A stretch of 64,000 nucleotides of DNA. Source: an uncultured Pseudomonadota bacterium (GTDB lineage: Bacteria; Desulfobacterota; Binatia; Binatales; Binataceae). The notes beneath the pieces are model-generated. The model was not told where the DNA came from, searched no databases, and saw only the letters and a program-made list of their open reading frames with translations. Numbering within the stretch: position 1 is the stretch's first letter; every line of letters begins with the position of its first letter. This document shows, piece after piece, positions 40,529 through 51,318 of this stretch. The position numbers and the translations under genes were made by a program. Where the stretch lies: positions 92,548-156,547 of the forward strand of contig CAWGQB010000027.1 in assembly GCA_963824565.1 (NCBI GenBank), written 5' to 3'.

Positions 40529-43500
40529 ATGGCACATCGCACCGACTCCGAAATAATCCACTCGACCCACAATACGGCACGCTTTTGCGTCGAGAACCGC
40601 GCGGTCTCATGGATGCTGCTGGTGGGCGTTTTGTTCTGGGGTATTTTGGGCTACTGGCAAATGCCCAAGCGCAAAGACCCGGACATCCCGGTTCGCGAGG
40701 CTGTCGCGGTCTGTCCCTGGCCCGGCGTGAGCGCCGATAAAATCGAGCAGATGGTAACGCGGAAAATCGAGGCTAAGATCGCCCAGAATTCCTTCATCCA
40801 TCCGGCTGGGGCGAGCACGAACTATGGCATCCGCTCGGTCACGCTCGACGGTGTAGCGATCATCTACGTTCAGTTAAGCGAAAAGACTGCCGACGACGTA
40901 AAGCAATTCAACGACATCAATCTCAAGCTCAACAGCATTGACGATCTTCCGAGCGGAGCGGGCCCGATCGAATTTGAAAGCGACTTCAGCGACACGGCCG
41001 CGCTGATGCTTACGGTCGCCAGTCCCAAAGAAGGCGAAGTGGCGCTCGCTTTACGCGCGCGGGACATTCGTTCGGCGATCGAGCGCGCGCGCGAAGCCTC
41101 CGGCGCCAACGCTGGAATGAGACGCGTCTCGCTGGTGATTTTGTTTCCGCAGTCCATCGGCACAGACAACGTACTGCGCGCGCGCAATGGGCTGATGTTG
41201 TTTCTGAGCGCCCGTAATCTCGCCCACGATATACGTCCGCTCGACGGCAGCGGGTTCGCGGGACTCGACGCCGCGATTGTCCCGGGTGTCGACCTCCAGG
41301 ATGTCACTAAAAAGTTCATCACCGACCACGTCGGAACTTCGGTGTTCCCGGCGGTGCATCCTGATGCATGGCCGCCGGTGCTGATCGGTGACCCGGCGAG
41401 TACCGAAGCGGTATTGATGGCATCGGCGGAAGCCAAGTACACGTATCGGCAACTGGACCGCTACACCGACCTCGTGCAACGCACCTTGGAAACCCTTCCG
41501 AACGTGGAAAAAGTTTCGCGCTCCGGGGTCCTGCCCGAGTGGATCCAGCTTGCATACTCGCAAAGGCGGCTCGCCTCTTATGGGGTCTCGCCGTCGAGAC
41601 TCGCGCAGATAATTTCGGAACGTAATACGATCCGAACCGGTGGAGTGATCGACGCGGGCGGCACCGATGTTACGGTGCATCCAGACGGAGAGTTTACCGA
41701 CCCCTCGCAAATCGGCGATGTGATCATCCAGCAGACGGCGCATTCAGGAACGCCGCTTTACCTGCGCGACCTGGCTGATATCCTGCCCGGCTATCAAAAT
41801 CCACCGCACCTGCTGAATTTCTACACCTGGCGCGGCGCGGACGGCCGCTGGAATCGCAGCCGTGCGATTACGCTGGGCGTCTTCATGCGCCCTGGCGAAC
41901 AGATTGATAAGTTCGGCCGCGATGTCGACGCGGCGCTGGAAGCAATCGAAAGCCAGTTGCCCGAGGATCTCGTCATCGCCCGCACCTCCGACCAGCCGCG
42001 CCAGGTTCATGAGAATCTCGATCTCCTGATGCGCGCCCTTTACGAGGCGATAGTGCTGGTCGTACTGGTCGCCTGGTTGGGCTTCTGGGACTGGCGTTCC
42101 GCGCTGCTGATAGCGCTGTCGATTCCGATCACCTTGGCGATGACCTTTGGCATGATGTACGTGCTGGGAATCGACCTTCAGCAAGTGTCTATTGCGGCGC
42201 TCATCATCGCACTTGGTCTGCTGGTCGACGACCCGGTGGTCGCGGGCGACGCGATCAAGCATGAACTGGCGATCGGACAACCCCAGGCGATTGCCGCCTG
42301 GCTTGGGCCGACCAAACTTGGGCGTGCAATTCTGTTCGCGACAATCACCAATGTAGTGGCTTATCTGCCCTTTCTGATGATAAGCGGCGACACCGGAAAA
42401 TTCCTCTACAGCCTGCCGGTGGTGATGACGTGCGCCCTGGTCGCGTCGCGTATCGTTTCGATGACCTTCGTACCCCAACTCGGCTATTACTTGATGCGCC
42501 CGGGCAAACCGCTTCCGCCCATCGAGTATCGGCGGACGCACGGGATTACAGGCATATACTACAAGTTAGGTCATTACGCTCTGGTGCATCGCAAGATCCT
42601 GGTTTTAGGCTCGTTCCTTTTTCTCGCGGCCGGATTTTTAATCGGCAAACAGCTCCGCAGTGCCTTCTTTCCCGAGGATGTTCAGTACCTGGCCTACGTC
42701 GACGTATGGCTGCGCAATGGCGCATCGATTTCCGAAACCAATAGCGTCGCCCATGAGGCTGAAAAATCGATCCGCCTGGCCGCCGAGCAGTACGGCCGCG
42801 AACACCCGGCGCCCGACGGCAAACCGAGGCAAATCCTGAAGTCGGTCACCACCTTTGTGGGCGGCGGCGGTCCGCGTTTCTGGTTCTCCGCGCCCTCGGA
42901 GGTGGAACAGCGCAATTACGCGCAGATCATCCTCGAGATCTACGACAAGGAGGACATGCCGAAGTTTGTCGGTCCGTTGCAGAACGCACTCTCGGATTCG
43001 GTGCCGGGCGCCTACTTCGATGTGCGCCAGTTACTAACCAATCCGGTGCAAAGCCCGATCGAGATTCATGTGTTCGGCCAGGCCGACGTCGATCCTTCCA
43101 GGGAGGCTGACGATATTGAAACGCTGCGCGACATCAGCGGACGCATTGAGGAGATCCTTCGTTCAACGCCGGGGGCTTTGCGTATTCGCACCGACTGGAT
43201 GGAGCAAAGCGCCGAGCGTGCAGCTCCCGATCAACGCCGACCGCGCAAATTTCGCCGGCGTTAGCAATGCGGACATCGCAAGGTCCGCCGCCGGCGGCCT
43301 CACTGGCTGGGAGGTTGGAACTCTGCTTGACGGCGATTCACACATACCGATCATAGCGCGCCTGAGACAGGAAGAGCGCGCGCGGCTCGCCGACGTTGCC
43401 AACCTATACGTCTATTCTCTCAATGGAACCAGCCGGGTACCGATCGAGTCGCTGGTGCCCCTGGTTTTCCAGATGAAGCAGGAGCGAATCGTACGCCGCG

Positions 43501-44180
43501 ACCATTTTCGCACCATGACGGTCATTGCCTTTCCCGCCCCAGGCGTGTTGCCCTCTGAAGTTATGAAATCGGCGCGCCCAAAGATCGAGGCGTTGCGCAG
43601 CGAACTTCCTCCGAGCTACCGCATCGTGTTCGGCGGCGAGCAGGCGAAGCAGGATGAAGGCTTTGGGGAACTGGCGATCGTGCTTGCCATCTCGGCCGCG
43701 GCGATCTTTCTCGCACTCGTCATACAGTTCAACAATCTCATCAAACCGTGGCTGGTATTCTCCGCCGTGCCCTATGGGGCGGTCGGAGCGCTGGCCGCTC
43801 TGTGGCTGACCGGCACGCCCTTCGGTTTCATGGCGTTTCTCGGGATTGCCAGCCTCATTGGGGTAATCGTAAGTCACGTCATCGTGCTGTTCGAGTTTAT
43901 CGAAGAACGCCAGCAACTCGGCGGCGAACTTATCGACGGCTTGCTCGACGCGGGGATCGAACGGCTTCGTCCGGTGATGGTGACGGTTGGCGCAACACTT
44001 CTCGCGCTGTTTCCGCTCGCGCTGCATGGCGGGCCGTTATGGCGGCCGCTGTGCTTCGCACAAATCGGCGGACTCAGCCTCGCAACTATCATCGAGTTGG
44101 TGTTGGTGAAGTCATTCTATGCCATCTTTGTGGCGGACCTGGGTATCCTGAAATGGGGACCCACGGAAAACCCGCGATGA
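40529..44180 (+). pseudogene. RND permease (about 1216 codons, longer than typical AcrB), one frame break near 43205-43210
   Basis: ORFs 40529..43264 and 43068..44180 join as ...LRIRTDWMEQ(S/K) / APSVQLPINADRANFAGVSNADIA... The LLVDDPVVAGDAI motif is present. No outer-membrane factor gene is adjacent. Confidence 0.85.
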
Positions 44181-44201
44181 GTATCGTCGAGGTTGGAAAG
44201 A

Positions 44202-46043
44202 ATGCTCCGTCAAATAAATGATCTAAGAGTAAAGCTGCGCGGGGGGAAGAATGCTCCCGTCCACCCAGCCGTCGCCCTGGTGGCCAAGCTCGCACATCTT
44301 CCATTGCTGGAAAGCCTTGGCCCGCGGCTGTTGGAAGCAATCGCAACGGAATTCGACTGGTTTAGCCTGCCGGGAGGTCAGATTCTTTTTAACCATGGCG
44401 ACCGCGACAACTCTCTTTATGTAGTACTATCAGGACGGTTGGGGGCCTTTCTTCCCAATGACGAGGGTACGGAGATACTGATTCGGCAGATGGGTTCGGG
44501 CGAGACGGTGGGCGAGATGGCGTTGCTGTCGGGCGAACGGCGTTCCGCGACCGTACTTGCACTGCGCGACACGGAGCTTGCGCGCCTGTCAAAAAGCTCT
44601 TTTGAGAAGCTGATAGACCATCATCCCAAAGCGCTTCGCTTCATCACCGACCTGCTCGTTCAGCGCTTGCGAGAGCCCCCGCGGCTTGACGGTCCCAAGC
44701 TGGCTCCCCGGACCATCGCCATCTTTCCACTCGATCCCGAGCTGGCTTCCCCTGATTTCGCACGCTCTCTCGGCAAAGCGTTTGAAGAAATGGGGCTTAG
44801 GGCAGCCATTCTCGACCACAGTCGCGTGCAGCAGCCGATCGAGTGGTTCAACCAACTTGAAGAAGCCCATGACATAGTTTTGTATCAGGCCGATTTTGAA
44901 TCGTCGCCGTGGACCAGACTTTGCCTGCGCCAAGCTGATCGCCTGCTACTTTTGGCAGACGCCGCGCGGCCCCCATCGACCGCTTCATCCGCGATCGACA
45001 AAGTGATCAACAATCCGCGCAGGACTCCCGTGGAGCTGGTCATCCTCGAAAATGACCAATCCGCGCGTCCGCCTCAGACCACGTCTTTACTCACGGCGTT
45101 CACTGCAGTGATGCACCATCATGTCCGCCGGGGTGTGCCGCGCGACCTGCGACGCGTTGGCCGTCTGATCACCGGACGAGCCATCGGAATAGTGCTGTCG
45201 GGCGGTGGCGCGCGCGGCTTCGCACATATTGGCGTAATTCGCGCGCTCCGCGAAGCCGGGATCGAGTTGGATCTCTTCGGCGGATCCAGCATGGGCGCGA
45301 TCGTCGCCGCCGGCGCCGCGATGGATTGGGACGATCAGAGTCTGAGCGCGCACATGCGCGCCGCATTCTCCGACGCCAATCCCGTCAGTGACTATACCAT
45401 TCCAGTGATCGCGTTGGTGAGGGGACGCAAGGCCTCGCGCGCCTTCCGCGAACACTTTGGCGACCAACAAATAGAAGATACTCCCTATCCGTTCTTTTGT
45501 TTGTCGGTCAATCTTACAACTTCGCGCATCAAGGTGCATCGCACTGGTCCCTTATGGCTCGCCCTACGCGCGAGTACATCCATTCCTGGCGTGCTTCCCC
45601 CGGTGGTCGACGGAACGCAAATACTCATCGACGGGGGCATCATGAACAACCTGCCGATCGATGTAATGAGCGAAATGAAACGCGGGCCGATCATAGCCGT
45701 GGATGTTACACATGAATACGGCCTTGAGGCCACGATCGACAATATTGACCAACGCTCGATCTGGCAGCTTTTCGGCCACGCGCGCCACGGCACTCCCAAC
45801 ATACTTACGGTTTTGATGGCCGCCGGAACCGTGAGTAGCTCCGCTCAGGTTCGGACGCTACGCAACCGGGTCGACTTGCTAATCGAGCCGCAACTCGATG
45901 GGATCAGCATGCTTGATTGGAAGGCTTTCGATCGCACCATCGAAGCCGGGTACCGGCACACCATCGAAGCATTGGAAAAGCATGCGGGAACGCTGTTTCA
46001 GAAGCCGGGGCTGTCGCGGCCTACGGCGACTTTGAAGCGATAG
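44202..46043 (+). CDS. cyclic-nucleotide-binding domain + patatin-like phospholipase
   Basis: The CNB domain carries the phosphate-binding cassette GETVGEMALLSGERRSATVLA. The patatin part has GIVLSGGGARGFAHIGV (oxyanion hole), GGSSMGA (GxSxG) and DGGIMNNLP (catalytic Asp). ATG 44202 lies 22 nt after the RND stop. Confidence 0.9.
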   Translation: MLRQINDLRVKLRGGKNAPVHPAVALVAKLAHLPLLESLGPRLLEAIATEFDWFSLPGGQILFNHGDRDNSLYVVLSGRLGAFLPNDEGTEILIRQMGSGETVGEMALLSGERRSATVLALRDTELARLSKSSFEKLIDHHPKALRFITDLLVQRLREPPRLDGPKLAPRTIAIFPLDPELASPDFARSLGKAFEEMGLRAAILDHSRVQQPIEWFNQLEEAHDIVLYQADFESSPWTRLCLRQADRLLLLADAARPPSTASSAIDKVINNPRRTPVELVILENDQSARPPQTTSLLTAFTAVMHHHVRRGVPRDLRRVGRLITGRAIGIVLSGGGARGFAHIGVIRALREAGIELDLFGGSSMGAIVAAGAAMDWDDQSLSAHMRAAFSDANPVSDYTIPVIALVRGRKASRAFREHFGDQQIEDTPYPFFCLSVNLTTSRIKVHRTGPLWLALRASTSIPGVLPPVVDGTQILIDGGIMNNLPIDVMSEMKRGPIIAVDVTHEYGLEATIDNIDQRSIWQLFGHARHGTPNILTVLMAAGTVSSSAQVRTLRNRVDLLIEPQLDGISMLDWKAFDRTIEAGYRHTIEALEKHAGTLFQKPGLSRPTATLKR

Positions 46044-46114
46044 GATTGCGCCGAACGCCGTCGAGTCACACTATAAACAAAGGCGGCAATCCCCTCGCAA
46101 GATATAATAGGCAA

Positions 46115-47113
46115 ATGCAGAGTTCAGCTTCGGATAGTCATGATCTAAGCATCATGACCCATAATGTATATTTCGGCGCCGATCTTGAGCCAGTGTACGC
46201 TGCCAGGTCTCCGTCTGAATTGATCGAAGCGAGCCAGCATGTATGGACAGAGGTTCAGGCGAGCAATATCCCTGACCGGGCGGCACGGCTCGCGCACGAG
46301 ATCGCCATGGCCAAGCCCGATCTGGTCGGCCTACAGGAAATAGCTCAATGGTCTACGGGAAGGTTCGGTGCAATGTCCGTCAGATATGATTTCCTGGAAT
46401 CTATTCTTCGATCGCTGCGGGACGAGGGGTCCTTTTATGTGCCGATCGCGATCAAAGCGGACTCGACTCATGCCGAGCCAATGGATTCAGCCGGAAATCT
46501 GCTTCAGTTCACTGATCGCCACGCAGTTCTGCTGAGAATCGACCCCGATTTGGCGCGCGTCCAACCCTACAACGCCCAGGCTGAAACATTTTCGAGGCTC
46601 ATTCAAGTCTCGACCCCCGTGGCCGGATCGATAAGTGTCATGCGCAGTTGGATTGCGGTGGATGCGATTATCGGCGACAGCAAATTTCGCTTGATCGAAA
46701 CCCACGTCGAGTCGCTGGATGAAACGGTGCAGCTAGCGCAGGCACGGGAATTGGCTGCCGGACCCGCCAATACTACCCTGCCGGTGATCATGGTGGGAGA
46801 TTTCAACTCGAACGCGAACCGACAGCCTAGCGTTCGGGACTACACATCGGCCTACCCCGAACTGATTGCCGCAGGTTTCCACGACGTTTGGGCAATCGCG
46901 AATCCAGATCATCCCGGCAACACCTGCTGCCATGCGCGCGACCTGCTGAATTCCACCTCGGAACTGAACCGTAGGATAGATTTGTTGCTTATACGTGGCT
47001 CAATCATGCCAATCTCAGCGGCGTTGGTGGGAGACAATCCTGCCTTTCGTCTGAGCTCGGGGCGGTGGGCATCAGACCATGTCGGGGTGGTCGCGAAGCT
47101 GTGGATCCAGTGA
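46115..47113 (+). CDS. endonuclease/exonuclease/phosphatase (EEP) family protein
   Basis: ORF track 45917.., trimmed to ATG 46115. Motifs are MTHNVYFG, GLQEIA (catalytic Glu), VGDFNS and a C-terminal SDHVGV. TATAAT at 46103-08 lies 6 nt upstream of the ATG, so the mRNA may be leaderless. Confidence 0.8.
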   Translation: MQSSASDSHDLSIMTHNVYFGADLEPVYAARSPSELIEASQHVWTEVQASNIPDRAARLAHEIAMAKPDLVGLQEIAQWSTGRFGAMSVRYDFLESILRSLRDEGSFYVPIAIKADSTHAEPMDSAGNLLQFTDRHAVLLRIDPDLARVQPYNAQAETFSRLIQVSTPVAGSISVMRSWIAVDAIIGDSKFRLIETHVESLDETVQLAQARELAAGPANTTLPVIMVGDFNSNANRQPSVRDYTSAYPELIAAGFHDVWAIANPDHPGNTCCHARDLLNSTSELNRRIDLLLIRGSIMPISAALVGDNPAFRLSSGRWASDHVGVVAKLWIQ

Positions 47114-47342
47114 TTGAGCGGCATACCGTGGGCTTCCGTATCACGTTTGCCGAGCGTTTTTTTGTCGGACCGCAAATCGATTTTCGGCACCTGGAGGGGC
47201 AGTTCGAAGTCTGGACGCTCGGGGAAAACCTGTTGGCATTCGGTGACTTCGATGCGCCGCCGCCTTGGGCGCCGAGGTGAAAGTCATCCTTTCGTCACCC
47301 AGCTTGGATCTCTCTGTCATGCAAGTCGTGATAATAGCGTTT

Positions 47343-50300
47343 TTAGAGTCCGATCTGTTGTCCAACCAGGTGCGAATATAAACCGCCCATCTTAAGCAGA
47401 GACGCGTGAGTCCCCGCCTCCACCAGTGCGCCGCGGTCGATGACGAAAATTCGGTCCGCATTTTGCACCGTTGATAAGCGATGAGCAATGATAATGGTGC
47501 TGCGGCCGCGGCATGCTCCCTCCAGGTTCGCTTGGATCGCGCGTTCGGATTCAGTGTCAAGTGCGCTCGTCGCTTCGTCCAGAATCAGCAGGCTCGGATC
47601 GCGAAACAGCGCACGGGCGAGAGCAACTCGCTGACGCTGCCCGCCCGACAGGCTCATTCCACGCTCTCCCACCTTGGTGTCGTAACCCAGCGCCATGTCG
47701 TTCACAAAATCACTAACACCCGCGACTTGGGCCGCCGCGACTATCCGCTCGAACGGAGTGTCAGGATCGCCAAAGGCGATGTTCTCGCGGATTGTTCCGC
47801 TGAACAAAAAGACATCTTGCGGTACAACGCCGATCCTTCGGCGCAGATCGCGCCGTGAGAGCGTCCGGATGTCGTGCCCGTCAATAAATACTCTACCTTC
47901 CGATGGCAGGTACAGACCTACGATCAGTTTAGCCAACGTCGACTTTCCGGACCCGGACCGGCCCACGACGGCAATCTTTTCACCCGGGTTGATCTCGAAG
48001 GATACGTCGGCGAGCGTTGGCCGGTCCTGCCCCGGGGTATAACGAAACGAAACGCTTTCGAACCTGATGCTCCCTTCAACCCGAGGCAATGAGACAAGTG
48101 AACGGGATGGGCTTTCTTCCGGCGTCGCGTCAAAAATGTCGTTGAGCCGTTGAACCGCGTTTCTTACATCCTGCAGACTAGCCCATGAGTCGCTGAGCCG
48201 CAGCACCGGCTGAATCAGGTTCCCGGCAAGCGCGGTGAAAGCGATTAGCTCACCGACGGACATTTGGTTTTCCAGAACCTGGCGGGCTCCGTACCAAAGC
48301 ATCAGGACGGACGCCAAGGTTGAGAGGAAGCTCGCGCTGATCGAATACGCGGTCTCCAGGTGAGCTTCACGACGGCCAAGGATCGCGGAATCCACGAAAA
48401 GGTTCTCCCATTTCCACCGGACCGAGGTCTCGACAGCCATGGTTTTGATGGTCGCGATTCCGGTGATTGACTCGATTAGGTAGGACCATTGCTCCGCATT
48501 CTTTGCAAACCACTCCTTGCGGTTTTTCCGCACCGCCGGGGTAAAACCCAGCGTCAAGGAAACGAAAAACGGGATGAAAATCACAATTAGCAGTGTTAAT
48601 CGCAAATTGTAGTAGGCAAGGAAGCTCAGATAGCCCAGCGCCAGAAAGATGTCCAACACCAGTCCCGGAAGCGTTCCGACCATCGCCTCGCGAATCTTCT
48701 CATTCTCACCAACCCGGGAGACCACGTCGCCAACCCGGCGAAGGTCAAAAAAACGCATGGGCAGGCTCATCACATGGCGAAAGAAATCGGCTAGCAACCC
48801 AACATCGGCATGCGTAGCGATGTGGATCAAAAGCAAACGGCGAACGGCGGCGGTGGCGGTCTGCAGCACCACTACCAGGAGCATCCCGGCCAGCAAGGTA
48901 TCGAGCAGGTCCGCGGCATGCAGACCAACCACGCGATCAATTATTACCTGGGTGAACAGCGGCAACGCCAGGCCGAAAAGGTTAAGCAGAAGAGAAGCCA
49001 CCATCACTTCGGCCAGTATTGTCCGGAAGGGGATTAGCACCGCGCTGAATCGCGCATAGGAACCGCGAATTGGCCGATTGCTCCTGAGACGAATGGTGGG
49101 AATTAATTCGAGCGCGCGGCCGCTCCAACCTTTACGAAATTCGTCGGCTGGGAGCTTGCGGATGCCAATGCCCGGGTCACCGACAACTACATACTTTTTC
49201 TCGGCCTCGTAGAGAACGATATAATGGAAGCCTTCCCAGTGCACGATGGCGGGCGTGTTGATGTGCATGAGGGCGTCATAGGAGAGACGAAGACCTCGCG
49301 AGCGCAAACCGATCGCTTCCGCGGCCTGAGCCACGGACCACATGGATGCGCCGTCCTGGTCCGTGTTTGCCAGATCGCGCAATCGCGCGACACCTGCAGG
49401 TACACCGTAGTACGCCGTGATCATTGCCAGACACGCCGCGCCGCAATCGGTCTCGTCGTGTTGTGCCACGAACGGATAGGCCCTGAAGAATCGCCGCCAG
49501 TAAGGATTCGGGGAGGATAGGCGAACCTCGGCTTCATCCCCGGATGGGCGATCGTCCGAAGGAAACTGGATAGTATTCGGAGGAGACGGTTCCGGACGTG
49601 CGCCATGGAGGGTATAAGATGCCGCCACTTGTTCCAGACGGCGGCGGAACTCGGCAGATGCGTCGACAATTTTAGAGAAAGCCTCACGGGACAGGGAGTA
49701 CAGCTCAACGCCTGTCCGGGCGACAACGGTGGCAGTGCGTCGCCCATCGTTCAAGAGCGCCAGTTCGCCAAAGAATTCGCCGGGTCCGATAGAGTTCAGC
49801 AATCGCTCCGTGCCATCCTCGAGCTTGAAAACATCGAGCGTTCCCTGGCGCACAACATAGAATCGGTCTCCAGGATCGCCTTCGTGGAAAATGATCGTTC
49901 CGGCGGTGACCGATTGTTCTGCCAACTGCTCTAGTATTTCTCGCAGCAGCGGCGCCGGAACCGCGCCAAGCGCCGTGAAGCGCTTTAGAAAGTCGCGAAT
50001 CGTAAATTCCTTGAGATACCGTTCCAAAGCGATTCGCGCCTCGGGGTGATCAGCGACGAAGTCGTTGAAGTCCTTACGATCAAGCCGCAGCAGCACGAGA
50101 TCTTCCGCGGCTCGAACGGTCGAGCTGCGCGGCACGTCCAGGATCAGCGCAACTTCCCCGAAGTGATCGCCACGCTTTAATACGGCCAGCGAAACTTCCC
50201 GATTCGCGGAGTCCTTTCCAACTACGCGCGCCCGCCCCGAAGCCACCACAAAGAACGCATCTCCATCTTCTCCTTGTTCGAATACGGTATCGCCGGTCCG

Positions 50301-50408
50301 GAAAAAACACTCGATCATCCGGGCGGCCAGCCGCTCGTGCTCGCTTCGACCGAGCAGCGCAAACAGCCCTGCGGACTCCAGGATCAAGCACCGCTGATCA
50401 GTGTCCAT
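47343..50408 (-). CDS. ABC exporter with two N-terminal cNMP-binding domains + C39 peptidase + TMD + NBD
   Basis: CNB1 is FGEVALILDVPRSSTVRA and CNB2 is FGELALLNDGRRTATVVA. The C39 domain has the catalytic Cys in HDETDCGAACLAMI and His in VHWEGFHYIVLYE. NBD motifs are GRSGSGKSTL, LSGGQRQRVALARAL and LILDEATSALD. SD GGAGGA precedes ATG 50408. Confidence 0.9.
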   Translation of the reverse strand: MDTDQRCLILESAGLFALLGRSEHERLAARMIECFFRTGDTVFEQGEDGDAFFVVASGRARVVGKDSANREVSLAVLKRGDHFGEVALILDVPRSSTVRAAEDLVLLRLDRKDFNDFVADHPEARIALERYLKEFTIRDFLKRFTALGAVPAPLLREILEQLAEQSVTAGTIIFHEGDPGDRFYVVRQGTLDVFKLEDGTERLLNSIGPGEFFGELALLNDGRRTATVVARTGVELYSLSREAFSKIVDASAEFRRRLEQVAASYTLHGARPEPSPPNTIQFPSDDRPSGDEAEVRLSSPNPYWRRFFRAYPFVAQHDETDCGAACLAMITAYYGVPAGVARLRDLANTDQDGASMWSVAQAAEAIGLRSRGLRLSYDALMHINTPAIVHWEGFHYIVLYEAEKKYVVVGDPGIGIRKLPADEFRKGWSGRALELIPTIRLRSNRPIRGSYARFSAVLIPFRTILAEVMVASLLLNLFGLALPLFTQVIIDRVVGLHAADLLDTLLAGMLLVVVLQTATAAVRRLLLIHIATHADVGLLADFFRHVMSLPMRFFDLRRVGDVVSRVGENEKIREAMVGTLPGLVLDIFLALGYLSFLAYYNLRLTLLIVIFIPFFVSLTLGFTPAVRKNRKEWFAKNAEQWSYLIESITGIATIKTMAVETSVRWKWENLFVDSAILGRREAHLETAYSISASFLSTLASVLMLWYGARQVLENQMSVGELIAFTALAGNLIQPVLRLSDSWASLQDVRNAVQRLNDIFDATPEESPSRSLVSLPRVEGSIRFESVSFRYTPGQDRPTLADVSFEINPGEKIAVVGRSGSGKSTLAKLIVGLYLPSEGRVFIDGHDIRTLSRRDLRRRIGVVPQDVFLFSGTIRENIAFGDPDTPFERIVAAAQVAGVSDFVNDMALGYDTKVGERGMSLSGGQRQRVALARALFRDPSLLILDEATSALDTESERAIQANLEGACRGRSTIIIAHRLSTVQNADRIFVIDRGALVEAGTHASLLKMGGLYSHLVGQQIGL

Positions 50409-50529
50409 CGCACCATTCCTCCATGCCTTGTACGCTCATGTTCGTTAGATTACTTTTAGTCGGGTATTCTTTTCTAATGAAATCGTCCCTTGGAAAAGCT
50501 CGCGGCGAAGCGAGTACGGAAATATCCGA

Positions 50530-51264
50530 TTGAGCAGCGAAACAGACAGTTCGGCGCGGGTGGAATGGTTAAAGGCGGGGGGCACTGTGGTCACCGGCGC
50601 GGCAGTCCTGGTTGAGCTGAAGCTCGGGGCGAGCGCCCAACTGTTGGAGGATCTGACGCTTCGACGAGTTGCCAAAGCGATGGCCGAGCGGCGCAGCATT
50701 GTGCACTCCGAAGAGGAGTTAGACCAGGCGCTGGCCGCCTTTTACATGGAGCGTAATCTGCTTGACCACCAGCAAATTTCCGATTGGCGTCGATCGCTGC
50801 GCCTGGAGGAAGCAACGCTGCGCGAATACGTGGGTGAGACGGTACTGTTCAGGCGCTTGCGAGAGAGTCTGATCTCCGATCAGTCGGTGGAGAACCGTTT
50901 CAGGATGAACCCGCACGAGTATGCACGGGCAGAGGTTGCTATCTTCACTTTTTCGAGCGAAGGGGCAGGCAAGGAATTCGTTTTGGCGGTCCGTGAGAAG
51001 GAGATCGAGCCGATCCATGGCGCTCGGCAGTGGATGATTCGGCGGGAGACGCCGGACGAGGCGGCGGCGCTGATCTTCTCTGCGCAACCGGGAGACATCG
51101 TGGGACCCGCCGAGACGAATTACCAATGTTACGAGGTGTACCGGCTACTGCGCCGTGAAAGCGGAGTCCTGGATGCACGATTGAAGAAGCAGCTTCGCAA
51201 CGAACTGTTCGATGAACTCCTCAAGGCGGAACTCTCGCGCGACCCGATCAAGTTCCTCTTATAG
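50530..51264 (+). CDS. SurA-N/PpiC (parvulin)-like accessory protein; start uncertain
   Basis: 244-aa ORF. The layout resembles the PPIase-like proteins I recall next to HlyD/C39-ABC peptide exporters (helical N-terminal part ...EELDQALAAFYMERNL...SDWRRSLRLEEATLREYV..., then a degenerate parvulin-like part ...QPGDIVGPAETNYQCYEVYRL..). Confidence 0.45.
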   Translation: MSSETDSSARVEWLKAGGTVVTGAAVLVELKLGASAQLLEDLTLRRVAKAMAERRSIVHSEEELDQALAAFYMERNLLDHQQISDWRRSLRLEEATLREYVGETVLFRRLRESLISDQSVENRFRMNPHEYARAEVAIFTFSSEGAGKEFVLAVREKEIEPIHGARQWMIRRETPDEAAALIFSAQPGDIVGPAETNYQCYEVYRLLRRESGVLDARLKKQLRNELFDELLKAELSRDPIKFLL

Positions 51265-51318
51265 CTCGATGCGGCGGTCCGATGGAGTTCGGTAACATCG
51301 GCAGCGCGAAACGCCGCC

